Shown here piece by piece: positions 41,074 to 52,762 of a DNA stretch of 64,000 nt. The notes below the pieces were generated by a model. It had not been told where the DNA came from. It did not search any database and worked only from the letters and a program-made list of their open reading frames with translations. Numbering within the stretch: the stretch's first letter is position 1; every line of letters starts with the position of its first letter. The position numbers were made by a program, and so were the translations under genes. This DNA is from Atopobium sp. (lineage in GTDB: Bacteria > Actinomycetota > Coriobacteriia > Coriobacteriales > Atopobiaceae): assembly GCA_022732885.1 (NCBI GenBank), contig JAIJTS010000003.1:44205-108204 (forward strand), read 5' to 3'.

Positions 41074-42561
41074 TTACTCGCCAAAGACGTCGTTGATACG
41101 ATCCTCATCAACGCCAAAGAACCAAGTAAGTACAAAACCTGCAGCGTAAGCAAGAAGCATTGCAAGCAGGTAGAAGACCTGATTGCCAGGCTGGACAATC
41201 AGCAGGCCGAAGAAGCCAGAAACGCCCTGGGAAACAGTACCAAGGTGGAAGATGTAAGCAACTACGGAACCAATACCAGAGCCAAGGCATGCAGTGATGA
41301 ATGGCTTACCAAGAGGCAGGGTAACTGCGTACATAAGAGGCTCGCCAATGCCGAGCATACCAACTGGAATGGACTCGGTGAGGTACTTCTTGACGCGCTT
41401 GTTCTTGGTCTTGAAGAGAAGTGCAAGACCAGCACCAACCTGGCCGCCGCCTGCCATCATCAGCAGAGGAAGCAGGTAGTTGATACCCTGAGTTGGACCC
41501 TCTGGGTTGTTAAGCATAACGTGGATTGGGGTAAGTGCCTGGTGAAGACCAACAGAAACCAGTGGCAGGAAGGTAGAACCAAGCAGGTAAGCACCAAAGA
41601 CGCCAAGCTTGTCATAGAAGAACTGAAGGACAAAGAAGATTGCCTGAGTGAGCCATGCACCTGCAGGCTGAAGAACCAAAACGGAACCAATGACACCGAG
41701 AATAACGGTGCAAAGTGGAGTCAGGAAGGTGTCAAGAACGCTTGGCATAACCTTGTGCAGGTTCTTCTCGAGGAATGCAAAGAAGATTGCGCAGATGATT
41801 GCACCAATCATGCCGCCTGCTGCTGCGTTGAACAGATCAGAGGAAGCAACGATAAATGCGCCCTTCTGGAAAGCAACAGTTGGAAGGCTAAATGGAAGGT
41901 GAACCAGACGGGTTACAGTGCCATCAACTGTCTTAGAAGCAAGAAGAGGCATACCAGCGTTAGCAATGGAAAGTGCACCAGCCATAGCACCAAGAACGCG
42001 AGAACCGCCAAACTCCTTGGCAGCATTCTCGCCAGCAAGAACTGGCAGGTAAGCGAAAAGTGCCCAACCCATGGTCCAGATAGCTGCAAACCACCACTCG
42101 TTAGCAAAAGCCTTACCAGTGGAGAAGTTGATAACGTTGATAATACCGTTAATCAAACCTGCAGCAATGATGCCAGGAAGCAGTGGAACAAAGATGTTAG
42201 CAATCTTCTTGAGGAAGCGCTGAACAGGCTTGTTCTCATACTTAGCCTTCTGAGCTGCCTTGTTATCCTTAGCTGCGGCAACAACGTCGTCCTCAGATGC
42301 ATCACCTGCAGCAACGCCGGTAAGCTTGGAGAACTCAACAATAACCTTGTTGACAACGCCAGGACCAAGAACAACCTCAAGGTACTCTGCATCCTCAACC
42401 AGACCCAAGACGCCGTCGATAGCCTTAAGAGCCTCGGAGTCAACCTTTGAAGGGTCAGCGGTCTTAACGCGGAGCCTGGTCATGCAGACCATGTTGCTCT
42501 GAACATTTTCTTTGCCACCGACGGCAGCAAGAATCTGCTCTGAAAGCTTGGTGTAATCCAT
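41074..42561 (-). CDS. murP: PTS N-acetylmuramic acid/glucose-family EIIBC component
   Basis: N-terminal EIIB with CMTRLR phospho-Cys motif, then a ~10-TM EIIC. ATG at 42561 (MDYTKLSEQILAAVGG); the ORF track extends to 42660. Confidence 0.85.
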   Translation of the reverse strand: MDYTKLSEQILAAVGGKENVQSNMVCMTRLRVKTADPSKVDSEALKAIDGVLGLVEDAEYLEVVLGPGVVNKVIVEFSKLTGVAAGDASEDDVVAAAKDNKAAQKAKYENKPVQRFLKKIANIFVPLLPGIIAAGLINGIINVINFSTGKAFANEWWFAAIWTMGWALFAYLPVLAGENAAKEFGGSRVLGAMAGALSIANAGMPLLASKTVDGTVTRLVHLPFSLPTVAFQKGAFIVASSDLFNAAAGGMIGAIICAIFFAFLEKNLHKVMPSVLDTFLTPLCTVILGVIGSVLVLQPAGAWLTQAIFFVLQFFYDKLGVFGAYLLGSTFLPLVSVGLHQALTPIHVMLNNPEGPTQGINYLLPLLMMAGGGQVGAGLALLFKTKNKRVKKYLTESIPVGMLGIGEPLMYAVTLPLGKPFITACLGSGIGSVVAYIFHLGTVSQGVSGFFGLLIVQPGNQVFYLLAMLLAYAAGFVLTWFFGVDEDRINDVFGE

Positions 42562-42801
42562 ACTTTCCTTCTTTCTCTCGTTGCGATGTTGCAACAAATA
42601 CCTTTCAAGAATACATAAAAAATGAACATTGCGGTACAACAATCCATACCTGTGGTTCATTGTTTCATGTTTTGACAGAATCTAAACGCTCTATTACCGC
42701 AGGTAAATTGAACGTGTTTCAAAAACTAGCCCTGCTCTTGCTTGTTACGCTAATACCACTGGCCGATGCGGCTGAAACAAAAGTGCAGTTTTGGCCAAGA
42801 G

Positions 42802-43737
42802 TTACTGCAATGCTCCTCTGACATGACCGTGGGCTGCATCAAGCTTAGCTTTTGCCTCTTCAACCGGCATCTGAGTAAGCAGCATGACAATAGCAAGCTT
42901 TGCATTACCATTAGCCTGTTCAAGCGCCTGAGCTGCCTCTTCACGAGTACAACCTGTTGCTGCCATAGTGATGTTCTGTGCACGAACTACCAGTTTCTTG
43001 TTGGTTTGCTGCACGTCAACCATAAGGTTTTGATATGCCTTACCTACGCCAACCATAGACCCAGTAGAAATCATGTTCAAAATCATCTTTTGAGCGGTAC
43101 CAGACTTAAGACGCGTAGAACCCGTGAGAACCTCAGGTCCGCAAGAAGGCTCAATGGCAAGCTCTGCCTCTTTGCCAACTTCAGAGCCCTTATTACAGGC
43201 AATAGCAACGGTCTTGCAGCCCAAAGAGCGAGCATAGCGCAGGCCACCAATAACGTAAGGAGTACGGCCACTAGCAGCAATTCCAATGGCAATGTCGTTC
43301 TTGTTCAAACCAATCTTTTTGAGCTCATCTTCGCACAGCTCAAGAGAATCTTCTGCGCCCTCAACTGCACGTACAAAGGCCTTCTCGCCACCGGCGATAA
43401 GACCAACAACCACGTCAGGAGAAACGCCAAAAGTTGGTGGGCACTCAACGGCGTCCAAAACGCCCAAACGCCCTGAGGTTCCCGCGCCAAAGTACACAAT
43501 TCTGCCACCAGCCTCAAGCGAGGAAACTGCCCACTCGATTGCCTGTGCCACCTGAGGAAGAACCTCTTTTACGCCCGATACGACGTTCAGATCTTCCTGG
43601 TTCATAACACTGACCAGCTCCAGTGGGGTCATCTGATCCAGGTCCATGGTGTTGGGGTTTCTTGTCTCGGTGACAAGTTTTGTTAAATCAATCACGTTTT
43701 CACCTTCTGTGTTGTGATTTTTACGCAATAACATCAC
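42802..43737 (-). CDS. murQ: N-acetylmuramic acid 6-phosphate etherase
   Basis: SIS domain, conserved LVTETRNPNTMDLD and GAGTSGRLG. True start may be an internal GTG/ATG a few codons in. Overlaps murR by 17 nt. Confidence 0.88.
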   Translation of the reverse strand: MMLLRKNHNTEGENVIDLTKLVTETRNPNTMDLDQMTPLELVSVMNQEDLNVVSGVKEVLPQVAQAIEWAVSSLEAGGRIVYFGAGTSGRLGVLDAVECPPTFGVSPDVVVGLIAGGEKAFVRAVEGAEDSLELCEDELKKIGLNKNDIAIGIAASGRTPYVIGGLRYARSLGCKTVAIACNKGSEVGKEAELAIEPSCGPEVLTGSTRLKSGTAQKMILNMISTGSMVGVGKAYQNLMVDVQQTNKKLVVRAQNITMAATGCTREEAAQALEQANGNAKLAIVMLLTQMPVEEAKAKLDAAHGHVRGALQ

Positions 43738-44635
43738 TATCTATACCAGGTAAATCTTCATTGGAAGAAGATGCGCTGGCATGCTCAGCTGAGTCTAATT
43801 TGCCAATATAGTTTGTTGAGAAACGCTTAACGCTCTTCTCGTAATTTCTGTTTACATAAGCTGCAAAAAGCGCGTCTACTACGTTGAGCTGAGCAATTCT
43901 TGAAGACATGGCACCACTTCTCATGATGTGCTCAGTCTCTGCAATACCCAAAACGTAATCGGAGCGACGAATTAATTCCGAATCAGTACCACCGCGGGTA
44001 ATAGAAACCACCTTTGCACCGTTTGCCTTTGCAATCCAAGCACACTCAATGGCTTCTCTGGTAAGACCAGAATAGCTGATAACAATAGCAAGATCTTCTC
44101 GCCCCATGTTTTTGGCATAAAGCAGCTGAGAGTGGTAATCATCACTTAAATTGCAACTAATGTTGAGACGCATAAGTTTAAGCTGCAAATCTCTTGCAAC
44201 CAAAAGCGAAGCTCCCATGCCAAAAAGGCAAATAGCATGCGCCTGCATCATGCACGAAACAACAGAGTCAACAACCTGAGCGTCAAGTAACTGACTGGTA
44301 AGCTCCAGTGAAGAAATGTTTTTTGCTGTTACTTTTTCAATGATTACATCAGTGGTGTCACCTGCGATAACGCCACCAACCGCAATATCGTTACTTTTGT
44401 TACTTACGGCCAGCTCGTAAATAAGTGCCTGTTGAAACTCTTTATAACCGCCGCAGCCAAGCTTCTTGCAAAGCCTTACTACCGTTGATGCGGACGTATA
44501 CGTTTGAGCAGCTAATTTATGAATTGACTGACCAACTGCTGCCTGTGGATCAGACAGAATATAGTCAACAATGTCTCGTTCAGCCGAACTAGCATTTTTG
44601 CGATACTCTTCCAGGCGAAGACGAACACCTCTCAC
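43721..44635 (-). CDS. murR: MurR/RpiR family transcriptional regulator (HTH + SIS)
   Basis: 304 aa. N-terminal HTH_6 (SIHKLAAQTYTSASTVVRLCKKLGCGGYKEF) and C-terminal SIS domain. Confidence 0.85.
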   Translation of the reverse strand: MRGVRLRLEEYRKNASSAERDIVDYILSDPQAAVGQSIHKLAAQTYTSASTVVRLCKKLGCGGYKEFQQALIYELAVSNKSNDIAVGGVIAGDTTDVIIEKVTAKNISSLELTSQLLDAQVVDSVVSCMMQAHAICLFGMGASLLVARDLQLKLMRLNISCNLSDDYHSQLLYAKNMGREDLAIVISYSGLTREAIECAWIAKANGAKVVSITRGGTDSELIRRSDYVLGIAETEHIMRSGAMSSRIAQLNVVDALFAAYVNRNYEKSVKRFSTNYIGKLDSAEHASASSSNEDLPGIDSDVIA

Positions 44636-45113
44636 GCAATCACCTCCGGTTGACTAAAACGTTTGACTACATTGTTTCACGTTGCTAGAAAAATTTCATC
44701 TGTAAAGTAGGCGGTAGTGTAAGTGTTATTAGTACGTATTGCTTCGAGGGTGTACTCGACTCATGTAGCGTATGCAAATACCTATATTTTCCCAGCGTAA
44801 TGTAGTGGCAATTGTCATAAAAAGCGTGTTTTATTTGAGATACTTTTTTATCACTTCATAAAAATCTTTACTAACTAGTGGACATTTGACCACGTAAAAC
44901 CTGATTAAAATATTTCATTTTTGCCTAAAAAATTCAAATTTAGATACCATTGACAGCTTTTTTGATACCACTCGCAGTACGTTAACGTACGCATTATTTC
45001 ATCTTAAAAAAGTAGCTGCAATTTTGATGAAACGCGCGTCATCATAAACGCAAATTATCTCAGTCAGTTGAGATAGCAGGTGTTTTACCTAAGGCAAAAC
45101 CGAAGGAGACAAT

Positions 45114-47111
45114 ATGCGCACCAACGAAGATTTGCACCAGAATCAAACAGCTCATTCTGAGCACTCATCTAACGCAGGCTCCCTTGCTGGGCAGACCAGA
45201 AGGCAATTTCTGAGCAGAAGTGCTCTTGGTCTAGCCGCTCTTGCAGGTCTTGGCCTTACTGCCTGCCAGACAAAAGGTGGCGCAACTGCTGCTAAGGGAA
45301 CTGCAAAGAAGGTTGACTCTGTAGACGGCACGTTCCAGTACGATAAGGTCTTCCCTGTTCTGAATGATAACGATGCCTTTGATGACTCTCTTGTCACCAA
45401 CCAGCTTAACAGCTTTGTTTGCTTTGCTGGTCAGGGCACCGTCTATGTAAAGAGCTCAGAGCCTCAAAGCTTTGGCCTCTTTGTAAACGGTCATCAAGTA
45501 CCAACTGACAAGCTTGACAGTTCTTCCTGGAACCAGATTGATATCTCTGACGTAACCGTTAATGGCGATAACCGCCTGCAGGTCAGCACCGTAAAAGAGA
45601 CTCAGGCTACCTTTGAGGTCAAGATTGGCTACCCAACCCTTATTGACGGTACCAAAGACTACGCCAACAATGACAACTTCAAGCTGATTGACCAGATTAT
45701 CAATGCTGAGATTGCCAACGGCTTTACCTCTGCACAGCTGGTTGTTACTAGGTACGGCAAAATCATCAAGAAAACCAACTACGGCAACGTCAATTCTTAT
45801 AACAAAGACGGCTCTCGTATCAAAGACGGCAAGGCTGTTGACGATAACACCCTCTATGACCTGGCTTCTAACACAAAGATGTATGCCACTAACCTGGCAA
45901 TTGAAAAACTGGTCACCGACGGGCAACTGGACGTTTCCAAAAAGGTTCAGGAGTACATTCCAGACTTCAAGGACCAAGAGGGCGATAAAATCCTGGGCAA
46001 GAATGACCTTACCATTCGTGAGATTCTTGAGCATCAGGCTGGATTCCCACCAGATCCTCAGTACCACAACCGCAACTACAACCCAGAGAAGCCAGACGAT
46101 CCACAGCCAAATGCAAACCAAAAGCTGTACTCCCAGAATCGTGACGAGATCCTGCAGAAGATTATTGAGACTCCTCTGCAGTACGTTCCAGGCACTAAGA
46201 CCGCCTATTCAGACGTAGACTACATGCTTCTTGGTTTTATCATCGAGAAGATCACCAATAAGCGCCTTGACCAGTACGTTAAGGAAGCTCTCTACGAGCC
46301 TTTGGGACTCAAAAACGTTACGTTCAACCCACTGGACAACGGCTTTAAGGCTGATGGAATTGCAGCTACTGAGCTTAACGGAAACACTCGTGACGGCCTG
46401 ATTACCTTTGACAACATGCGTACCGACACCATTCAAGGTACCGTCCATGACGAGAAGGCCTACTACGCCATGGGCGGCATCTCTGGTCACGCTGGTTTGT
46501 TTGCAAGTGCTTCTGACCTGGCCGTTCTTGTCCAGACTGTTATGAACCGTGGTGGCTACGGCAATACCATGCTCTTTAGCGAAGACGTTCATGACCAGTT
46601 CATCAAGCCAAAGGACACCAGCGTTACCTATGGTTTGGGCTGGAGGCGTAAGGGTCACATTGGCTACCAGTGGGCCTTCTCGCCAATTGCAAACGCTGCA
46701 ACCGTTGGACACACTGGCTGGACCGGAACGCTCACTGTCATTGATGTATACAACAACACCAGCTTGGTGCTGCTCACCAATACTAAGAACTCACCTGTCA
46801 TTAACAACAAGGTAGATCCTAACGACTTTGTGGGCAATCACTTCCTAACCGGTGGCTACGGTGTTGTTTCTACACTGGCATTTGATGGTCTTGACGACGC
46901 AAACGCCGAGGGTAACAACGCAAAGCTGATGGACATGGTTATTGCCAAGTACCAGCTTATTCAGGCAAAGGCAGATTATCAGACTGACCCCGATAAGGCT
47001 TCCCTGAAAGCACTGCTTGAAGTCTGTGACCAGAGAAAAGATTCCAAGGTTATCAAAGACTTCCAAGCAAGCGACTTGTACAAGACCATCTCGCAGTTTG
47101 TTGGTAAGTAA
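45114..47111 (+). CDS. Tat-exported lipoprotein, serine hydrolase of the beta-lactamase/PBP (class C / DD-peptidase-like) family
   Basis: 665 aa. RRQFLSRSALGLAALAGLGLTAC gives a Tat motif plus lipobox. Catalytic SxxK (ASNTKMY), YSD and HTG motifs. Extra ~190-aa N-terminal domain. Divergent from the murR operon. Confidence 0.8.
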   Translation: MRTNEDLHQNQTAHSEHSSNAGSLAGQTRRQFLSRSALGLAALAGLGLTACQTKGGATAAKGTAKKVDSVDGTFQYDKVFPVLNDNDAFDDSLVTNQLNSFVCFAGQGTVYVKSSEPQSFGLFVNGHQVPTDKLDSSSWNQIDISDVTVNGDNRLQVSTVKETQATFEVKIGYPTLIDGTKDYANNDNFKLIDQIINAEIANGFTSAQLVVTRYGKIIKKTNYGNVNSYNKDGSRIKDGKAVDDNTLYDLASNTKMYATNLAIEKLVTDGQLDVSKKVQEYIPDFKDQEGDKILGKNDLTIREILEHQAGFPPDPQYHNRNYNPEKPDDPQPNANQKLYSQNRDEILQKIIETPLQYVPGTKTAYSDVDYMLLGFIIEKITNKRLDQYVKEALYEPLGLKNVTFNPLDNGFKADGIAATELNGNTRDGLITFDNMRTDTIQGTVHDEKAYYAMGGISGHAGLFASASDLAVLVQTVMNRGGYGNTMLFSEDVHDQFIKPKDTSVTYGLGWRRKGHIGYQWAFSPIANAATVGHTGWTGTLTVIDVYNNTSLVLLTNTKNSPVINNKVDPNDFVGNHFLTGGYGVVSTLAFDGLDDANAEGNNAKLMDMVIAKYQLIQAKADYQTDPDKASLKALLEVCDQRKDSKVIKDFQASDLYKTISQFVGK

Positions 47112-47301
47112 AGCTCGTGTAAACAAGCGGTGTTGCAAGAATAAGCGCTGCGCACAAACGAGGTACCATTCACATCTTGTCTAGCAACGGCCTCTCCTCC
47201 GACTAGACACACCAAAGCCCGGATGCTATTGCGCGGCATCCGGGCTTTTTTGTGCATGTACGGTGGTCCTGCGAGGGCGCGGGCTTCTCGCCAGATGCAT
47301 C

Positions 47302-47850
47302 TTACAGTGCGGCGAGAAAATCCTCTGCTTGCTGAGCAATTGCCTGGTGAACCTCGGGTTCTGGCTCCCAAGTTCCCTCAGTCCAAGCGGTTACAGGAAG
47401 CGAGAAGCCATTAAACGGCTCAACTGGCTTAGTGCGCAGAGCTAAGAACTGCTGCTTTACCACGGCAAGCGATCCTGCAGTCTTGTTTCGGCCGCCGACG
47501 CCACTTGCGGTGACAACCTTGCCAGCAATGGCGGTCTCGGACTTCTTCTGGTAATCGGAGGTAAGCGGACGGCTCAGCCAGTCTAGGATATTCTTAACGG
47601 TGCCGGGGATGCTGTAGTTGTACTCAGGGGTAAAGAGCCACACGCCATCAGCGGCCATAACGGCGTCCCTAACTTTCTGAACACCTTCAGGAGCTGGGAA
47701 TTCTTCATCCTGATTGAGCAGAGGAACATCCAAGACGTCAACTACCTCAACCTCCGCCTTGCCCTCAAGTGCCTGAGCGGCAACCTGGCTCAGCTTCTTG
47801 TTGAACGAATTTTTACGGCCGGAACCAATGATAAACACAATTTTCTTCAT
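47302..47850 (-). CDS. NAD(P)H-dependent FMN reductase (flavodoxin-like fold)
   Basis: MKKIVFIIGSGRKNSFNKKL...FTPEYNYSIPGTVKN, NADPH-dependent FMN reductase family. Confidence 0.85.
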   Translation of the reverse strand: MKKIVFIIGSGRKNSFNKKLSQVAAQALEGKAEVEVVDVLDVPLLNQDEEFPAPEGVQKVRDAVMAADGVWLFTPEYNYSIPGTVKNILDWLSRPLTSDYQKKSETAIAGKVVTASGVGGRNKTAGSLAVVKQQFLALRTKPVEPFNGFSLPVTAWTEGTWEPEPEVHQAIAQQAEDFLAAL

Positions 47851-47951
47851 GAGCAGACCTCTCCGTGAGTGCTACGTAAATATAAAATCATGCACGAGCA
47901 AATCTGCCCGTACATGATTTGTGTACCCAAATGTTAGTTCTGTAGTCGTAT

Positions 47952-48497
47952 TTAGCAGAAGTCCGAGAAATTCGCACAGCTTTCAAGCGCTTTTACCACC
48001 TGCTCAAGACCTGCGAGGTCTTCCCGGGTAAATCGCGCTACGCTCGGGCTATCAATGTCCAGCACGCCAACTACCTGGTTATCCTTGAAAATAGGAACAA
48101 CCACCTCAGAGTTAGAAGCAGAGTCACACGCAATGTGTCCGGGGAACTGATGCACATCCTCTACCAGCTGACTTGTCTTTGTTGCCGCAGCTGTTCCGCA
48201 CACTCCTCGACCAAACGGAATGCGAACGCAGGCAACTTTGCCCTGGAACGGTCCTAGGCGCAACTCGGGAGCACTCGACTCGTGAGCGCTTGAAGCCACG
48301 CCCGCGCCCGGAGCCGCACCCGCGTCCGGCTCCACGTCCGACACCGTAGCATGATCTACCAGGTAGAAGCCTGCCCAGTTAATGTCGTCTAGAGCGTCCC
48401 ACAAAAGAGCGGCAGCGTTGGACAGCACCGGCAGCCAGTGGGTATCAACCTCAGCGAGCGAGACAATCTGTTTTGCAAGTAAACCGTAGTCTGTCAT
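47952..48497 (-). CDS. GAF-domain free methionine-(R)-sulfoxide reductase-like protein (fRMsr/YebR family) with Ala/Gly-rich insertion
   Basis: WAGFY, CGTAAAT and HIACDSASNSEVVVPI match fRMsr catalytic motifs. A ~35-aa low-complexity insert sits between them. Confidence 0.65.
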   Translation of the reverse strand: MTDYGLLAKQIVSLAEVDTHWLPVLSNAAALLWDALDDINWAGFYLVDHATVSDVEPDAGAAPGAGVASSAHESSAPELRLGPFQGKVACVRIPFGRGVCGTAAATKTSQLVEDVHQFPGHIACDSASNSEVVVPIFKDNQVVGVLDIDSPSVARFTREDLAGLEQVVKALESCANFSDFC

Positions 48498-48499
48498 GG

Positions 48500-48868
48500 T
48501 TACTTCTCTGGCAAAATCTCAATCCAGCAGCCATCAGGGTCTGCAATAAAGTAGAGGCCCATTTTTGGGTTCTCTTTAACGATGCAGCCCATTTCCTCGT
48601 GAAGCGCATGGAAGGCGTCAAAATCGTCAACGCGGAAGGCAATGTGCGTATCTTTTCCGCCGTTATCGTAAGGCTCTACCCAACCACGGTTCCACGTAAG
48701 CTCCAGCTCAAAGGGAGACCAATCGTTTACCAAAAACGTATTGGTCCAAGAACCGTCCTCTGGCCCCTTAACGCGGTCAACGCGAAATCCCAGAGCCTTC
48801 TTATAAAACTCGACGGTCTTCTCGCTATCCAAAACATGAGTGCAGCGGTGAACAAATCGTGCCTGCAT
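48500..48868 (-). CDS. VOC-family protein (glyoxalase I / lactoylglutathione lyase-like)
   Basis: 122 aa. HVLDSEKTVEFYKKALGF...HIAFRVDD..., glyoxalase fold signature. Confidence 0.75.
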   Translation of the reverse strand: MQARFVHRCTHVLDSEKTVEFYKKALGFRVDRVKGPEDGSWTNTFLVNDWSPFELELTWNRGWVEPYDNGGKDTHIAFRVDDFDAFHALHEEMGCIVKENPKMGLYFIADPDGCWIEILPEK

Positions 48869-48925
48869 ACATCCTCCTTTGTTGTGCGCTCGGTTGCTGT
48901 GCTCGGTAGTGCGCCCTTTTGCGCG

Positions 48926-50719
48926 CTAGTTGAGCTCCTGCTCAAGCTGGTCAACCAGCTGACCAAAGTACTTGAGCGCAGCGTTAACGGGGTCTGGAGT
49001 TGCCATGTCAACGCCAGCGCCGCGAAGCAGCTCGATTGGGGTCTTGGAGCAACCGCCGGAGAGGTAGCCAATGTAGTCCTTGACCGCAGGCTCGCCCTCG
49101 GAAAGGATGCGCTGAGACAGGGCAATAGCTGCCGAGAAACCAATGCAGTACTGGTAGACGTAGAAGTTGTAGTAGAAGTGAGGGATACGGGACCACTCCA
49201 GCTTAATCTCTTCGTCCAGCTCAATGCCAGGTCCAAAGTACTCTGCGCAGAGCTTGCCGTAGCGCTCAGAGAGAACCTCGGCGTTCAGAGCCACGCCGTC
49301 AGCGTTCATCTGGCTGATGTCACGCTCAAACTCGGCAAACATGCACTGACGATAGATGGTGCCACGGAAGCCCTCAAGGAAGTGGTTAAGGATATATGCG
49401 TGGCGAGCAGGATCGGTCTCGTGCTCAAGCAGGTAGTGCGAGAGCAGCGCCTCATTACAGGTAGATGCAACCTCTGCAACAAAGATGGAATACTCAGAGT
49501 AGGTAATCTCCTGGTTGTGAGAGGAGAAATACGTGTGCATGGAGTGGCCCATCTCGTGGATAAGGGTGTAAACGTCGTCAAGGCCACCCTGGAAGTTAAG
49601 GAGCATGACAGGGTTCATACCCTTGCCACCTGCGGAATAAGCACCGGAGCGCTTACCTGGAGTCTCGTACACGTCAACCCAACGGCTCTCCAGGCCTTTC
49701 TTGACCAGGCCAACGTACTCTTCCCCCATAGGTGCCAGCGCCTTAACAATAAGGTCGCTAGCCTCCTCGTAGGTGAACTTCATGTCAACGTCGTCGACAA
49801 GAGGAGTGTAGACGTCCCAGAAGTGCAGCTTGTCCAGACCCATAGCACGTTTACGCAAGTCAACATATTTGTAAAACGCTGAGAAGTTCTGGTGAACGGC
49901 GTCAATGAGGTTGTTATAGACCTCAACAGGAATCTCGTTCTCTGCAAGAGCAGCCTCAAGGGAGCTTGCATACTTTCTAGATGACGAGAAGAACTGCAGG
50001 TTCTTGACCTGACTGGTCAGAATTGCAGCGGAAGTGTTACGGAACTCACCCAAGCGGCTATAGAGCTGCTTGAATGCGGACTCGCGCAGGACACGGTCAG
50101 CATCCATCAGCAGAGGAACAAATGAACCGCTGGTCAGCTTATGAGTCTTACCCTCAGAGTCAACCGCGTCGTCAAAGGTAAGATCTGCATCACCAAACAT
50201 GGAGAAGATGTTGGTTGGCTGAGCGGCAAGCTCTCCAGCGCGTGCCAGCAGCGCTTCTTCTTCAGCAGAAAGGGTGTGCTCACGCTGGTTCAAGATCTTG
50301 TTGAGCTTACGACGATAGAACTCAAGAGCTGGAACCTCTGCATAGAACTTCTCGACAGATTCTGCTGGAATTGCCAGAAGCTCTGCGGCAAACCAAGAAG
50401 TTGCCTCGCCAATCTGAGTATATGCACTGGTAGCGTTTGCAACGTATGCCTGGTACTTGGCTACGCGAGTATCCTCATCACCTTTTCGCTCAGCATAATT
50501 GATAATCTTGTAGAGCAAAAGATCCATCTGATCTTCAAGCTGTAAGAACTCCAGAAGGGCCTGAGCAGAGGTGGAAATCTTTCCCTTGAACGCAAGCAGC
50601 TTTGGGCAGTAAGCCTTAAGCTCCTCAAGTCCAGCCTCATATGCCTCATCACTAGGGAACATTGAGGACAAATCCCACTTATATTTGCTGTCAATTTCTT
50701 CGCGAGACTCGTATGCCAT
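48926..50719 (-). CDS. pepF: Oligoendopeptidase F (M3B family)
   Basis: 597 aa. HEMGHSMH zinc motif (HExxH) and downstream E. PepF-like N-terminal region. Confidence 0.9.
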   Translation of the reverse strand: MAYESREEIDSKYKWDLSSMFPSDEAYEAGLEELKAYCPKLLAFKGKISTSAQALLEFLQLEDQMDLLLYKIINYAERKGDEDTRVAKYQAYVANATSAYTQIGEATSWFAAELLAIPAESVEKFYAEVPALEFYRRKLNKILNQREHTLSAEEEALLARAGELAAQPTNIFSMFGDADLTFDDAVDSEGKTHKLTSGSFVPLLMDADRVLRESAFKQLYSRLGEFRNTSAAILTSQVKNLQFFSSSRKYASSLEAALAENEIPVEVYNNLIDAVHQNFSAFYKYVDLRKRAMGLDKLHFWDVYTPLVDDVDMKFTYEEASDLIVKALAPMGEEYVGLVKKGLESRWVDVYETPGKRSGAYSAGGKGMNPVMLLNFQGGLDDVYTLIHEMGHSMHTYFSSHNQEITYSEYSIFVAEVASTCNEALLSHYLLEHETDPARHAYILNHFLEGFRGTIYRQCMFAEFERDISQMNADGVALNAEVLSERYGKLCAEYFGPGIELDEEIKLEWSRIPHFYYNFYVYQYCIGFSAAIALSQRILSEGEPAVKDYIGYLSGGCSKTPIELLRGAGVDMATPDPVNAALKYFGQLVDQLEQELN

Positions 50720-50884
50720 GAGCCTTCCTTTCTTGGCTGGTCAGTATTCACTGGTATTTAGTGTCCCACATACACACCAGTTTCATGCCGATAACAAGAA
50801 AAAATGAACCCATTTGATACAAATTATCAAACGGGCTCATTGCTTTTATAGGCTCATTGCTTTTACAGCTTATTGAAAACCTTA

Positions 50885-52677
<1,793 letters not shown>

Positions 52678-52762
52678 ATTAAATCTCTCCCTCTCCCTGA
52701 TTTGTGTTTGAGGTTGCCTGAGGTCACAAGGTAAACAGCAACCTCAGGCACAGATTTTGAAT

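Noticed and set aside
41065-42450. 461-aa plus-strand ORF
   Set aside because: Antisense to the PTS EIIBC gene.
45456-46121. 221-aa minus-strand ORF
   Set aside because: Antisense to the Tat-lipoprotein hydrolase.
48473-49882. 469-aa plus-strand ORF
   Set aside because: Antisense to pepF and the glyoxalase gene.
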